Below are positions 9,988-18,939 of a stretch of 64,000 bases of DNA, piece by piece. Position numbers and translations under genes: made by a program. The first letter of the stretch is position 1. Each line of letters starts with the position of its first letter. The stretch comes from an uncultured Verrucomicrobiae bacterium (GTDB lineage: Bacteria > Verrucomicrobiota > Verrucomicrobiia > Palsa-1439): assembly GCA_963817685.1 (NCBI GenBank), contig CAWFPN010000027.1, positions 31,763 to 95,762 of the forward strand, given 5' to 3'. A model generated the notes under the pieces. That model ran no database searches. It was not told where the DNA came from and was given only the letters and a program-made list of their open reading frames with translations.

Positions 9988-10526
9988 CACGTTTAGCCAT
10001 CACTTCGACCCTGCTGGGGGCATTCATGGTGGCCACTCGATTCCCGGGAATCGTCTGGCCGGCGTCCTTTCGCAAACTGGTCCTGCAATTTCCGCGCTCG
10101 GTGTCGGCCGGGCGCGTCCTGATGGGGATTGCCGCCGTGATCGCCTGGGTGGTGATGTATCAGGCGGCGACGGATGAATGGGCCTGGGCGCGGCCGTTGA
10201 TCCTCATCGGTGTGCCGATCGCCTACATTCTTGTCATCCAATACGGTGACCAGTTTCTCTCGCTGCGGGCCACGGCGGCGTTGATCTTGCTCGTCGCCAA
10301 ACAGATGGTGGACGCCACCGACCTCAGCGATGCGCCGCTGCGTTTGGTGGTCACTGTGCTGGCCTATCTCATGGTCATCATGGCCGCCTGGGTGACGATC
10401 GCGCCGCACATCTTCCGTGATGTTCTGGGCTATTGCATGGCCAGCGACAAGCGCTGCCGGTTGACTTGCGGGGCTGGCCTGTGCGTGGGCCTCGGGCTGG
10501 TGGCGCTGGGCTTGTGCGCCTACTGA
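9984..10526 (+). CDS. Hypothetical integral membrane protein (about 5 TM helices)
   Basis: 180-aa hydrophobic ORF. ATGA overlap with the miaB stop. No family recognised. Confidence 0.5.
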   Translation: MTRLAITSTLLGAFMVATRFPGIVWPASFRKLVLQFPRSVSAGRVLMGIAAVIAWVVMYQAATDEWAWARPLILIGVPIAYILVIQYGDQFLSLRATAALILLVAKQMVDATDLSDAPLRLVVTVLAYLMVIMAAWVTIAPHIFRDVLGYCMASDKRCRLTCGAGLCVGLGLVALGLCAY

Positions 10527-10527
10527 G

Positions 10528-11466
10528 TTGCCTGTGAAAGAGCCGAGGATCCTGGTCGTACGAGGCGGGGCCATCGGGGACTTTATCATGACGCTCCCCG
10601 CGATTGGCGCCTTGCGTGAGCGCTGGCCGGAAGGGCACCTGGAGATCCTCGGTTACCCCCACACCATCGAACTGGCGCGCGGTCGGTACTATGCCGACGC
10701 GACGCGGTCGATTGAGGCCAAACCGATGGCGGGCTTTTTCATTCCCAACGCCGTGCTCGATCCCGGGCTGATGGAATATTTCGGCGGCTTCAACCTGGTC
10801 GTGTCCTACCTGTTCGACCCCAACAGCATCTTCGCCAACAACGTCCGCCGCTGCGGCGCGCGCCAGGTCGTCGAAGCCTCGCCCCGGCCGACGGAACTGC
10901 CCGCCGCGCAGCATTACTGCAAACCGCTGGAGTCGCTGGCGATCTATGTCGCCTCGCCTGAGCCCCGGATATTTCCGAACGAAGCCGACCGGGAAGCGGC
11001 CTCTCATTTCCTGCGCAACGCGGGTCGCGAACCGATTGTGGCGGTGCATCCGGGCAGTGGCAGCGAGAAGAAGAACTGGCCGGCGGAGAAATTCGCTTCG
11101 CTCTGCCGCTGGCTGGTGGATGAATTGGACGCGCAACTGCTGGTCGTGCAGGGCGAAGCGGATGGGCAGGCCACCGCCAGATTGCGGGACCTGGTGGGCT
11201 CCCGGCAGATCATTGTGGCCGGCGGACTGAAGTTGGTGGAATTGGCGGGTTTGCTGGAGCGCTGCGTGCTGTTTCTTGGAAATGATTCCGGCATTACACA
11301 TTTGGCCGCAGCCGTGAGAACGCCCACCGTGGCGCTGTTTGGCCCTGTGTCCATGGGTGTTTGGGAACCGCGTGGGGAGCACGTCAGCGTGGTGCGTTTT
11401 GGCGAACACGATATTGCCCAGGTTCGGCAGGCCATTGAGCGGTTTTGGAGCAAATCGGCAGACTAA
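10528..11466 (+). CDS. Glycosyltransferase family 9 (heptosyltransferase-like)
   Basis: 312 aa with RILVVRGGAIGDFIMTLPAIGALRERWP and C-terminal GNDSGITHLAAAVRTPTVALFGP. Confidence 0.8.
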   Translation: MPVKEPRILVVRGGAIGDFIMTLPAIGALRERWPEGHLEILGYPHTIELARGRYYADATRSIEAKPMAGFFIPNAVLDPGLMEYFGGFNLVVSYLFDPNSIFANNVRRCGARQVVEASPRPTELPAAQHYCKPLESLAIYVASPEPRIFPNEADREAASHFLRNAGREPIVAVHPGSGSEKKNWPAEKFASLCRWLVDELDAQLLVVQGEADGQATARLRDLVGSRQIIVAGGLKLVELAGLLERCVLFLGNDSGITHLAAAVRTPTVALFGPVSMGVWEPRGEHVSVVRFGEHDIAQVRQAIERFWSKSAD

Positions 11467-11499
11467 TTGCTGAAGTGCTTGGCGCACAGGCCATTTGGC

Positions 11500-11528
11500 T
11501 TGACGGCAACAGGGGCTGCCACTACAGT
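11500..11528 (+). promoter_or_regulatory. Candidate sigma70-type promoter (TTGACG-17 nt-TACAGT) for the 11588/IHF operon
   Basis: TTGACG at 11500-11505, 17-nt spacer, TACAGT at 11523-11528. Followed by the perfect palindrome GATAACC-caat-GGTTATC at 11536-11553. Confidence 0.35.
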
Positions 11529-11587
11529 GGCCCGCGATAACCCAATGGTTATCCGTAGGTTAGACCCCGGAATGCCAGGGAGTCTGG

Positions 11588-12103
11588 ATGCGCGATCGTA
11601 GCCTTGAAAAGAATATTCAACGGGTTGAGCAGTTCGTCGAGCGCTGGAAGCAGTTGAGCCTGTTTCTGGATCGCGGCTTTCAAGGCCGGGATTTCAAGGC
11701 CGAGGAAGAGGCTGCGTTTCTCGAACTGAAAAGCGCGATTGCGCAGGAACACGAAATGTTGATGGCGGCCCTGGGTGGGGCCGTGGAGAACGACGACAAG
11801 GCCCTGCGGCTGATCAATACGGTGCCCAGCCTGCAGTCGTTCAAGGACTTGAACGAGCCGATGGTCAAGAAGCTCGCCATCGAATGGCATAATACGTACA
11901 TTTCGTATCAGGCGTTGCTTGGCCGGCTCAAGGGACGGAAGGCCCAGTTGGCCAGCGTCAGCAGTTTTCGGCTGGGACTTAAGCGGGTGTTTATCAACCC
12001 GTTGGTGATCACACTCGTGATGTTGGCGGCGGCGTACGGAATTTATAAATTTACAGACGAATGGATCCCAAAACTAAAGGAAATAGTGGAGAGAAAACCA
12101 TGA
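11588..12103 (+). CDS. Hypothetical helical protein with a single C-terminal TM anchor
   Basis: 171-aa ORF with C-terminal PLVITLVMLAAAYGIYKF. Its stop overlaps the start of the downstream HU/IHF gene (ATGA). No family recognised. Confidence 0.5.
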   Translation: MRDRSLEKNIQRVEQFVERWKQLSLFLDRGFQGRDFKAEEEAAFLELKSAIAQEHEMLMAALGGAVENDDKALRLINTVPSLQSFKDLNEPMVKKLAIEWHNTYISYQALLGRLKGRKAQLASVSSFRLGLKRVFINPLVITLVMLAAAYGIYKFTDEWIPKLKEIVERKP

Positions 12104-12423
12104 CCAAACGTGACCTCGTCATTCGCATTAGCAACGACACCAATCTCATCCAGCAGGACGTTCTCTCGGTGGTCCAGAAGACCCTCGATTACGTTACCGA
12201 AGCGCTCATCAACGGCGAGACCGTCGAGTTGCGCAACTTCGGCGTATTCGAAGTCAAGCTCCGCAAACCCCGCGTCGGCCGCAACCCGAACGATCCCGGC
12301 AAGGACGTGCAAATCCCCGCCCGCGCCGTCGTGAAATTCAAGCCCGGCAAGGAAATGCGCGAACAGGTGCTTCACCTGACGGAGAAATACAATCCGCCGC
12401 GCCCGCCGCAGCCGCAGCCTTGA
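12100..12423 (+). CDS. HU/IHF-family DNA-binding protein (IHF-like)
   Basis: ORF 12061..12423 trimmed to ATG 12100. MTKRDLVIRIS...ELRNFGVFEVKLRKPRVGRNPNDPGKDVQIPARAVVKFKPGKEM shows the typical HU/IHF beta-arm. Confidence 0.88.
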   Translation: MTKRDLVIRISNDTNLIQQDVLSVVQKTLDYVTEALINGETVELRNFGVFEVKLRKPRVGRNPNDPGKDVQIPARAVVKFKPGKEMREQVLHLTEKYNPPRPPQPQP

Positions 12424-12506
12424 TCGTCCGGCATCCGCTCATTCATAGTTTCGAAGGAGTTGGCAGGCCACGGCTGGCATCCGCCCGAAGCGCAACGAGT
12501 CTTTAC

Positions 12507-13769
12507 ATGAACCCACTTCCCGGCTTCCGCGATTTTTATCCGGAGACGCTCGCCGTGCGCCGCCACATCTTTGCCAACTGGCGCGACGTGGCCCGGCGGT
12601 ACGGGTTCCGGGAATACGACGGCCCCCCACTCGAGTCGCTGGAACTTTATACGCAAAAGTCCGGCGACGAAATCGTCACACAACTGTTCAACTTCGTTGA
12701 TAAAGGCGACCGTCCTGTGGCGTTGCGGCCGGAAATGACCCCGACCCTGGCCCGGATGGTCGGCGCGCACCAGCGCGATTACAAAAAACCGATCAAGTGG
12801 TTCGCCATCCCGCAGCTCTTCCGCTACGAGAAACAGCAACGCGGCCGGTTGCGGGAACACTTCCAATTCAATGCCGATATTATCGGGGCTATCGAGGGCA
12901 ACTTTGGTGCCGACGCTGAACTAATCGCATTGGCGATCGACACGCTTCGCAGCTTCGGGTTGACCAAAGATGATTTTGTAGTACGTGTGTCTGACCGTCG
13001 AGCTTGGCAGAGGCACCTTTCTACGGCAGGCATGTCAACAGACCAACAGCGTGCCGCGTTTCAAGCCATCGATAAGATCGAGCGTGAACCAATTGATAGG
13101 ACTCGAGAGAAACTTTCGGCGCTTGGATTGAGTGATTCGCAGGTCCATGAGATTTTGGAGATTGCCCAAGGAGGCATGGTTGCAGTCGCTCCCGAGGTGG
13201 ACGCTACGTTGCTGAAACTGGGGTCGCTGGCGGAGTATTGCCGCGTGGACTTTAAGATCGTGCGCGGCCTAGCCTATTACACGGGCATTGTTTGGGAAAT
13301 TCACGACCGCAAGGGCGAACTGCGCGCCATTGCCGGTGGCGGGCGGTACGATAATTTGCTCAAGCAGGTGGGCGGTGTCGATTTACCGGCGTTGGGATTC
13401 GGGATGGGTGATGTTGTTTTGACCGAGTTGTTAAAAGACCGCAATTTGCTACCGAAATCGGATTGGGGACTGGATTGTTATGCAATCATCTGCGGAGAGT
13501 CGATGCGGGAGAAGGCCTTGAGGCTTATTCACGAGTTGCGTGATGCCGGGATTGCGGTAGACTACCCCCTCTCAGAAACGAAGGTAGACAAGCAATTTCA
13601 AATGGCGTCGTCTCTGGGAGCCCGTGATGCGGTTGTGATCGGGTCGAGCGAATGGGACGATGGCATGGTGAAGGTAAAGAATCTTGCAAACGGCTGGGAG
13701 GGGCGGGTGAAGGCGAACGCTTCTGAGATTGTTGCATGGTTGCGGAAGACGCCGGAAAACCCTGCTTAA
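12507..13769 (+). CDS. hisS: Histidine--tRNA ligase
   Basis: ORF trimmed to ATG 12507. Class II motifs GFRDFYP, RPEMTPTLARM, FRYEKQQRGRLREHFQFNADIIG, GGGRYDNL and GFGMGD, plus an anticodon-binding C-terminus. The 3' two-thirds is noticeably lower in GC. Confidence 0.92.
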   Translation: MNPLPGFRDFYPETLAVRRHIFANWRDVARRYGFREYDGPPLESLELYTQKSGDEIVTQLFNFVDKGDRPVALRPEMTPTLARMVGAHQRDYKKPIKWFAIPQLFRYEKQQRGRLREHFQFNADIIGAIEGNFGADAELIALAIDTLRSFGLTKDDFVVRVSDRRAWQRHLSTAGMSTDQQRAAFQAIDKIEREPIDRTREKLSALGLSDSQVHEILEIAQGGMVAVAPEVDATLLKLGSLAEYCRVDFKIVRGLAYYTGIVWEIHDRKGELRAIAGGGRYDNLLKQVGGVDLPALGFGMGDVVLTELLKDRNLLPKSDWGLDCYAIICGESMREKALRLIHELRDAGIAVDYPLSETKVDKQFQMASSLGARDAVVIGSSEWDDGMVKVKNLANGWEGRVKANASEIVAWLRKTPENPA

Positions 13770-13774
13770 ACAGA

Positions 13775-15562
13775 ATGAAACGAACACATCATTGCGCGGA
13801 ATTGCGGGCGTCGCACGTTGGGCAAAAGGTGCAACTGGCCGGTTGGGTGCACGTCTACCGCGATCATGGCGGCATTTTGTTCATCGACCTGCGCGACCGC
13901 GAAGGCATCACGCAGATCGTGTTCGATCCACAGCACAACAAACCGTCGGCCGATCTCGCGGGCCAGTTGCGCACCGAGTACGTCATTGCCGTTGACGGCG
14001 TCGTGCGCAAACGTCCGCCGGGCACGGAAAACAGCAGATTGCCCACGGGCGAAATCGAAGTGCTGGCCGATACGCTGGAGGTGCTCAACCCGAGCGAGAC
14101 ACCGCCGTTCCAGCTCGATGACACCGGCGGATCTCAGGCCGGGGAGGAGTTGCGCCTGCAATATCGCTACCTCGATCTGCGCCGGCCCGCCATGGCGAAG
14201 AACCTCGTCCTGCGCCACAAGGTCGCCAAGGCCGTCCGCGATTATTTCGACGCCAACCGGTTCCTCGAAGTCGAGACACCGATCCTGTTCAAGAGCACGC
14301 CCGAAGGCGCGCGGGAATATCTCGTGCCGTCCCGGGTCAATCCGGGAAAATTTTACGCCCTGCCGCAGTCGCCGCAGCAGTTCAAGCAGATGCTGATGGT
14401 GGCCGGGGTGGAACGCTATTTCCAGATCGCGAAATGTTTCCGGGACGAAGATCTGCGGGCCGACCGGCAGCCGGAATTCACCCAGATCGACCTGGAGATG
14501 AGCTTCATCACCCGCGAAGACATGTACGCGCTGATCGAAGGCCTGCTGGCAAAAGTCTGGCTCACGGCGCGCGGCGAGAAGATCCCCACGCCGTTCCCGC
14601 GCATGCCGTACCAGGAGGCGATGGAACGGTTTGGCAGCGATAAACCCGATACGCGCTTCGGCATCGAGTTGGTCGATCTCACCAAGGATTTTGCCGCGAG
14701 CGGTTTCAAAGTGTTCCGCGGCGCCGTCGATGCCGGCGGCGTGGTCAAGGCCATCAACGCCAAAGGCCTGGCCAGCGCCACCCAGGGCCAGATCGACGCG
14801 CTGACCGAGACCGCCAAAAGTTTCGGCGCGAAAGGCCTGGCGTTCATCAAGGTCGAAGGCGGCCAATGGAAATCGCCGATCGTGAAATTTTTCAACGACG
14901 CCGAGAAAGCGGCGCTGACCGAACGGTTGAAAATCGAGGAAGGCGACCTGATCCTCTTCGGCGCGGACAAACGCGAGTCGGTCTGGGAAGTGTTGGGCCG
15001 CCTGCGCTTGATCGTCGCCGAGATGCTCAAGAAGGAAGGCAAGCTGACCGTGCGCGACGATCAGTGGAACTTCCTTTGGGTGGTCGATTTCCCGCTGATC
15101 ACCTTCGACCGTGACGCCAACCGGCATCTGGCGACGCATCATCCGTTCACCGCGCCGGTGGCCGAAGACGTCCCGCTGCTGGACACCGACCCGACGAAGG
15201 TGCGCGGCCAGCATTACGACATTGTGCTCAACGGCGTCGAACTCGGCGGCGGCTCGATCCGTATCCATCGGCCCGACCTGCAGAAGAAGGTTTTTGAACA
15301 GGTGCTGAAGATCCCGCCCGAGATCGCCCAATCACGATTCGGTTACATGCTGCAGGCGTTCCGTTACGGCGCCCCGCCGCACGGCGGCATCGCCCTCGGC
15401 TTCGATCGTCTCTGCGCGATCCTCTGCGGCACCGCCAACATCCGCGACGTCATCGCCTTTCCGAAGACGGCGAAAGCGTTCGACCTGATGACCAACTCCC
15501 CGAGCGAAGTCGAAGCCAAGCAACTGCGCGATCTCCACATCAAGCTCGACGTGGAGGGTTAG
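13775..15562 (+). CDS. aspS: Aspartate--tRNA ligase
   Basis: ORF trimmed to ATG 13775. Motifs FYALPQSPQQFKQMLMVAG, FRDEDLRADRQPEFTQIDLEMSF, GGGSIRIH and PPHGGIALGFDR. Confidence 0.94.
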   Translation: MKRTHHCAELRASHVGQKVQLAGWVHVYRDHGGILFIDLRDREGITQIVFDPQHNKPSADLAGQLRTEYVIAVDGVVRKRPPGTENSRLPTGEIEVLADTLEVLNPSETPPFQLDDTGGSQAGEELRLQYRYLDLRRPAMAKNLVLRHKVAKAVRDYFDANRFLEVETPILFKSTPEGAREYLVPSRVNPGKFYALPQSPQQFKQMLMVAGVERYFQIAKCFRDEDLRADRQPEFTQIDLEMSFITREDMYALIEGLLAKVWLTARGEKIPTPFPRMPYQEAMERFGSDKPDTRFGIELVDLTKDFAASGFKVFRGAVDAGGVVKAINAKGLASATQGQIDALTETAKSFGAKGLAFIKVEGGQWKSPIVKFFNDAEKAALTERLKIEEGDLILFGADKRESVWEVLGRLRLIVAEMLKKEGKLTVRDDQWNFLWVVDFPLITFDRDANRHLATHHPFTAPVAEDVPLLDTDPTKVRGQHYDIVLNGVELGGGSIRIHRPDLQKKVFEQVLKIPPEIAQSRFGYMLQAFRYGAPPHGGIALGFDRLCAILCGTANIRDVIAFPKTAKAFDLMTNSPSEVEAKQLRDLHIKLDVEG

Positions 15563-15735
15563 TCTTGTAGTCGCGAACCGCATTTGTGGCTTTCCGGCAC
15601 TTTTGGCGGGAAGGTGTCGAGGCGGGTTCTTTAACTTCAGCGGGACGCATTGGCTCAACGCGCCATGGCATCCCGGCCCGATTTTGCTCGTATCGCTGGG
15701 ACTGGGTATCTATAACATCCGCCGGAGACTTTCCC

Positions 15736-17793
15736 ATGAAGCGAACTCTTGCTTCACTGTTGGCGCTGCTGTTGGCGGCGACATCCGCTGTCGCCCAGCA
15801 AACCAACGATGCTGCTGCCGCGCGGGCGGTGATCGAGAGGGCCCGCGCCAGGTACCGCACGCTGAAGACGTATCAGGACAGAGTCAGTGTGCGGTTGGAA
15901 ATCGTCTTCGCCAAGGGCACGAACAGCGAGGACGCAGGGCGGTCGTCCAAACAGTCCGGATCGCTGGCCTTCGCCTCCCCCAACCGCATCGCATTGGCTT
16001 CGGACACTCTGTGCGTGTATTGCGACGGCGAACATCTGCGGGCCTGCCTGCCCCGGAGGAACCAGTACACCGAGGCGGTTGCCCCGCCCGCCATCCATCT
16101 GCTTGAGGTATCGACGCTGCCGATGTTCATGATGATCCAGACGCATCCCGTCGCGTTGATGCTGACGCAGCCGCAGGCGGATTTCGCGGAATTGTTCCCC
16201 GCCGTCCACAACCTGCAGGGCGTGGCGGCGGAATCACGAAACGGTGAGCCGGGCCATCGCGTGTCAGGCACGTTCGGAGAGGACACGGGCGACCCCGATC
16301 GACCGGTCCCCCTCGTCAGTTTCTGGTTCAGTGACGCGACGGGGTTGCTCCGCGAGATGCGGGTCGATTTCACCGAGTCGTACAGGCGGGGCCTGGCCAG
16401 GTCGCCGAGGTACGACGAGGAGAACAAGCCGCCGAAGGTTGAAAAGGCTCAGGTCGTGCTGAGCCTGGACGATATAGTGTTGGACGCGCCCGTTTCCCCC
16501 GAGCGATTTGTCCTCGTGCCGGACGCGTCCTCGGTGAAGGTCGACGAATTGTCCTGGGGGACCGGGGATGATTCCCGGCAGTTGGAATTAATCGGCCATC
16601 CCGCGCCGGACATTTCGGGCACGAGCCTCGACGGCCAACCCGTGTCGTTGTCGGCGCTTCGCGGGCGTGTCGTGCTGCTGGATTTCTGGGCGATGTGGTG
16701 CGGGCCTTGCGTGCAAGCCATCCCGCAGGTGCAGGCAATTGCCGGGCAATTCACCAACAAGGCCGTGACCGTCCTGGGCATCAACCGCGATCCCAAAGGC
16801 TCGGAGAAGCAACTGAAGAAGTTTCTGGATCGAAAGAAGATCACCTTTCGCCAGTTCCTTGATCCCGGCGGCGATGTTTCCCAAAAATACAAAGTGAACG
16901 GGATTCCGTGCCGCGTGCTGATCGGCACCAACGGGATCATCCAGGCCATCGAAGTGGGTTTTCGCGGCGAAGAGGATGTGGGCGACCAAATCGAAGAGCT
17001 GTTGACGGGGAAAACGCTGTTCGACACCAACGAACCGACGGACGGTCAGGCGAAGCGGGGGGAGCCGGTCTCCTCGGCGTCAACGAACGCAGCCGCCAGC
17101 ACGCGGGTCGAGGAGATCAACCCCAACAGCCTCGCATCATCTTCATCCCTGGAAATCCAGGCCAATAGCTACGGGGCGCGGAAGCTGGATGTGGACGGCG
17201 ACGGCAAACTGGAATTGGTGATACCGGACTGGCAGGGAGGCCTCAGAGTTTTCAGCGCGGACGGCTTACAGACGCGGCGTATCCACTTCCAGGGCAAGGG
17301 AGGAATGGGGACGCAAATCAAGGCATTTGAGCCCGTCCGCGAAGGCAAGACACTGCGGTGGCTCGTGGGGTTTGTCAAATACGTCGGCAACGGCATGGCG
17401 CACTCTTCGGCAAGCGTTGGCCTTTACAGCAGCGAGGGCGAGACGATCTGGACGTACCAACCCAGCCTGCCTGAAACCGTCAGCTGCGAGTTTACTTCGG
17501 TCAGCGCCGGCGACCTCCGGGGTGATGGAAAGACGGAACTGATTGCCGGGATGACGGTTTACAATGTTCGACAACGCGAGGCGCACATGTGGGAGAACCT
17601 CAACTCGAACGGCTACCTTGCTATTTTCGACGAATCCGGCAACTGTCTGAGCCTCCGTCGGGTCGGGCAACGCATTGAACTTGTTCAGGTCGCTCCGAAC
17701 TCAGAACCGGGAAAGCCAAGCGCCATCCTCTGTTTGGTCGACAACAACCTGCGGCGATTCCAGTGGTCGGCTACGTCAAGTCCGCCTAAATAG
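15736..17793 (+). CDS. Secreted multidomain protein: LolA-like N-terminal region + TlpA/ResA-like thioredoxin domain (CGPC) + FG-GAP/VCBS-like repeats
   Basis: ORF 15586..17793 trimmed to ATG 15736 (signal peptide MKRTLASLLALLLAATSAVAQQ). Thioredoxin fold VVLLDFWAMWCGPCVQAIP...VNGIPCRVLIG. C-terminal LDVDGDGKLELV and GDLRGDGKTELIAG repeats. Confidence 0.65.
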   Translation: MKRTLASLLALLLAATSAVAQQTNDAAAARAVIERARARYRTLKTYQDRVSVRLEIVFAKGTNSEDAGRSSKQSGSLAFASPNRIALASDTLCVYCDGEHLRACLPRRNQYTEAVAPPAIHLLEVSTLPMFMMIQTHPVALMLTQPQADFAELFPAVHNLQGVAAESRNGEPGHRVSGTFGEDTGDPDRPVPLVSFWFSDATGLLREMRVDFTESYRRGLARSPRYDEENKPPKVEKAQVVLSLDDIVLDAPVSPERFVLVPDASSVKVDELSWGTGDDSRQLELIGHPAPDISGTSLDGQPVSLSALRGRVVLLDFWAMWCGPCVQAIPQVQAIAGQFTNKAVTVLGINRDPKGSEKQLKKFLDRKKITFRQFLDPGGDVSQKYKVNGIPCRVLIGTNGIIQAIEVGFRGEEDVGDQIEELLTGKTLFDTNEPTDGQAKRGEPVSSASTNAAASTRVEEINPNSLASSSSLEIQANSYGARKLDVDGDGKLELVIPDWQGGLRVFSADGLQTRRIHFQGKGGMGTQIKAFEPVREGKTLRWLVGFVKYVGNGMAHSSASVGLYSSEGETIWTYQPSLPETVSCEFTSVSAGDLRGDGKTELIAGMTVYNVRQREAHMWENLNSNGYLAIFDESGNCLSLRRVGQRIELVQVAPNSEPGKPSAILCLVDNNLRRFQWSATSSPPK

Positions 17794-17889
17794 TCTTTCA
17801 ATCTGCAGCGTGCCGCTTGCCATCGCTTGCGGGACGAGAACTTGAGTCAACCTGAGCCGTAGCTAGGGCCAGGCAACAAGATCCGAGGG

Positions 17890-17970
17890 TGGTGGAGGGC
17901 CACGCTCCCGCGTGGCCGTCAATGTTGTAAAGGCAACCGGTCGCGCTGGAGCGCGACCCTCCAGGCGCGA
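17890..17970. repeat. REP-like GC-rich palindromic element (two tandem hairpins) between convergent genes; likely bidirectional terminator
   Basis: GGCCACGC-tccc-GCGTGGCC at 17898-17917 and GGTCGCGC-tgga-GCGCGACC at 17939-17958, with overlapping alternative pairings (CTGGAG/CTCCAG). On the reverse strand it shares the core AATCGCGCCYGGARGG..GCGCTCC with the element at 18940-18999. Confidence 0.7.
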
Positions 17971-17985
17971 TTTTCTTAGATGCTC

Positions 17986-18786
17986 TTAGTGGAATTGGAC
18001 GGGCGGAGCGGGGGGGGCGTTGGTGTCCGCGGGTGCGCTCGGGACGGGCTGGGCCGGGGCCGGAGCGGGGGCCGGAGCAGCAGCAGCGGCGGGAGCGGGC
18101 GCTGGCGCGACTGCCGCGGCAGGCGCCGCAACGGGTGCTGGAGCAGGGGTTGCGGGAGCGGCGACGGGCGTTGGCGCCGGTGCGGGCACCGGCGGGGGTG
18201 GGACCGGGGCCGGTGCGGGCGCGGCTGCCTTGGTGGTGATATCCGCGGGCGCTTCTTGTTGTTTCAGCGCGGCTGCTTTGGCGCGGTTTTCCGACGGGGT
18301 GCCTTTCAGGAACTTGGCGGGCAATCCGGCCGGCGGCTGGTCCTTCCACTTGATTGCGAGAATGGTCACGCCTGGTTTGATGAGATCCGGGTTGAAGGTA
18401 TTCACCTGGGTCAACGTGGTGGCGGCGGCTCCGCCTCCTCCCGCGGCGTTGGCGTCGGTCGGTTTCGGGCCGTAGTTGGTGCTGAAATAGACCTGGCCGT
18501 CCACGAACACAATGGCGTCCGCATCAAGTTTCTGGGCTTCCTTGACCAGCATGGGCAGGTGGCCCTCTTCGGGTTGGGGATAGAACGGGCTGCTGATGCG
18601 CAATTCGCCGACGAGGTCGTAGGCCGAAGGGGGCAACGAAGTGAAAATGGGCAAGGCGTATCGCGTGTTGACGATGGAGCCGGTGGCGGTGGGCCAGTTT
18701 TGCTGTTCGCCGACGTAGGGCCGGACCACCGCGGAAGCGCAGCCGATGGACAAGGTCAGCAAGCACGCACAGAACCAGTTTTTCAT
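17986..18786 (-). CDS. Hypothetical lipoprotein with long C-terminal Ala/Pro-rich low-complexity tail
   Basis: 266-aa ORF with lipobox LLTLSIGC, a globular ~170-aa domain, then ...APAPAPVPPPPVPAPAPTPVAAPATPAPAP.... No family recognised. Confidence 0.6.
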   Translation of the reverse strand: MKNWFCACLLTLSIGCASAVVRPYVGEQQNWPTATGSIVNTRYALPIFTSLPPSAYDLVGELRISSPFYPQPEEGHLPMLVKEAQKLDADAIVFVDGQVYFSTNYGPKPTDANAAGGGGAAATTLTQVNTFNPDLIKPGVTILAIKWKDQPPAGLPAKFLKGTPSENRAKAAALKQQEAPADITTKAAAPAPAPVPPPPVPAPAPTPVAAPATPAPAPVAAPAAAVAPAPAPAAAAAPAPAPAPAQPVPSAPADTNAPPAPPVQFH

Positions 18787-18939
18787 AAGAAGTGCTCCCG
18801 GAAGATTATTGCGCTCGAACCATCCAGTCTCGGAACGTCTCTACCCCTAACACAGGCCGATTCGGTTTGTGAAGCACAAAGTCAGGGGGCGATTCAGTTT
18901 GCGCCGGCCCGCAGCTGGCGGCGCCCTTCATCCCAACTT

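Noticed and set aside
15563-15600. Possible degenerate REP half-site (CTTGTAGTCGCGAAC) after aspS, resembling CTTGTAGGAGCGCC at 18937
   Set aside because: The similarity is limited to ~8 nt and there is no inverted partner. That is too weak to call.
17990-18240. GC-rich repetitive DNA (GCN/CCN repeats) that could be mistaken for a tandem-repeat or CRISPR-like array; a similar stretch occurs at 57090-57230
   Set aside because: There are no regular repeat-spacer units. Both stretches are in frame within coding regions and encode Ala/Pro-rich low-complexity tails.
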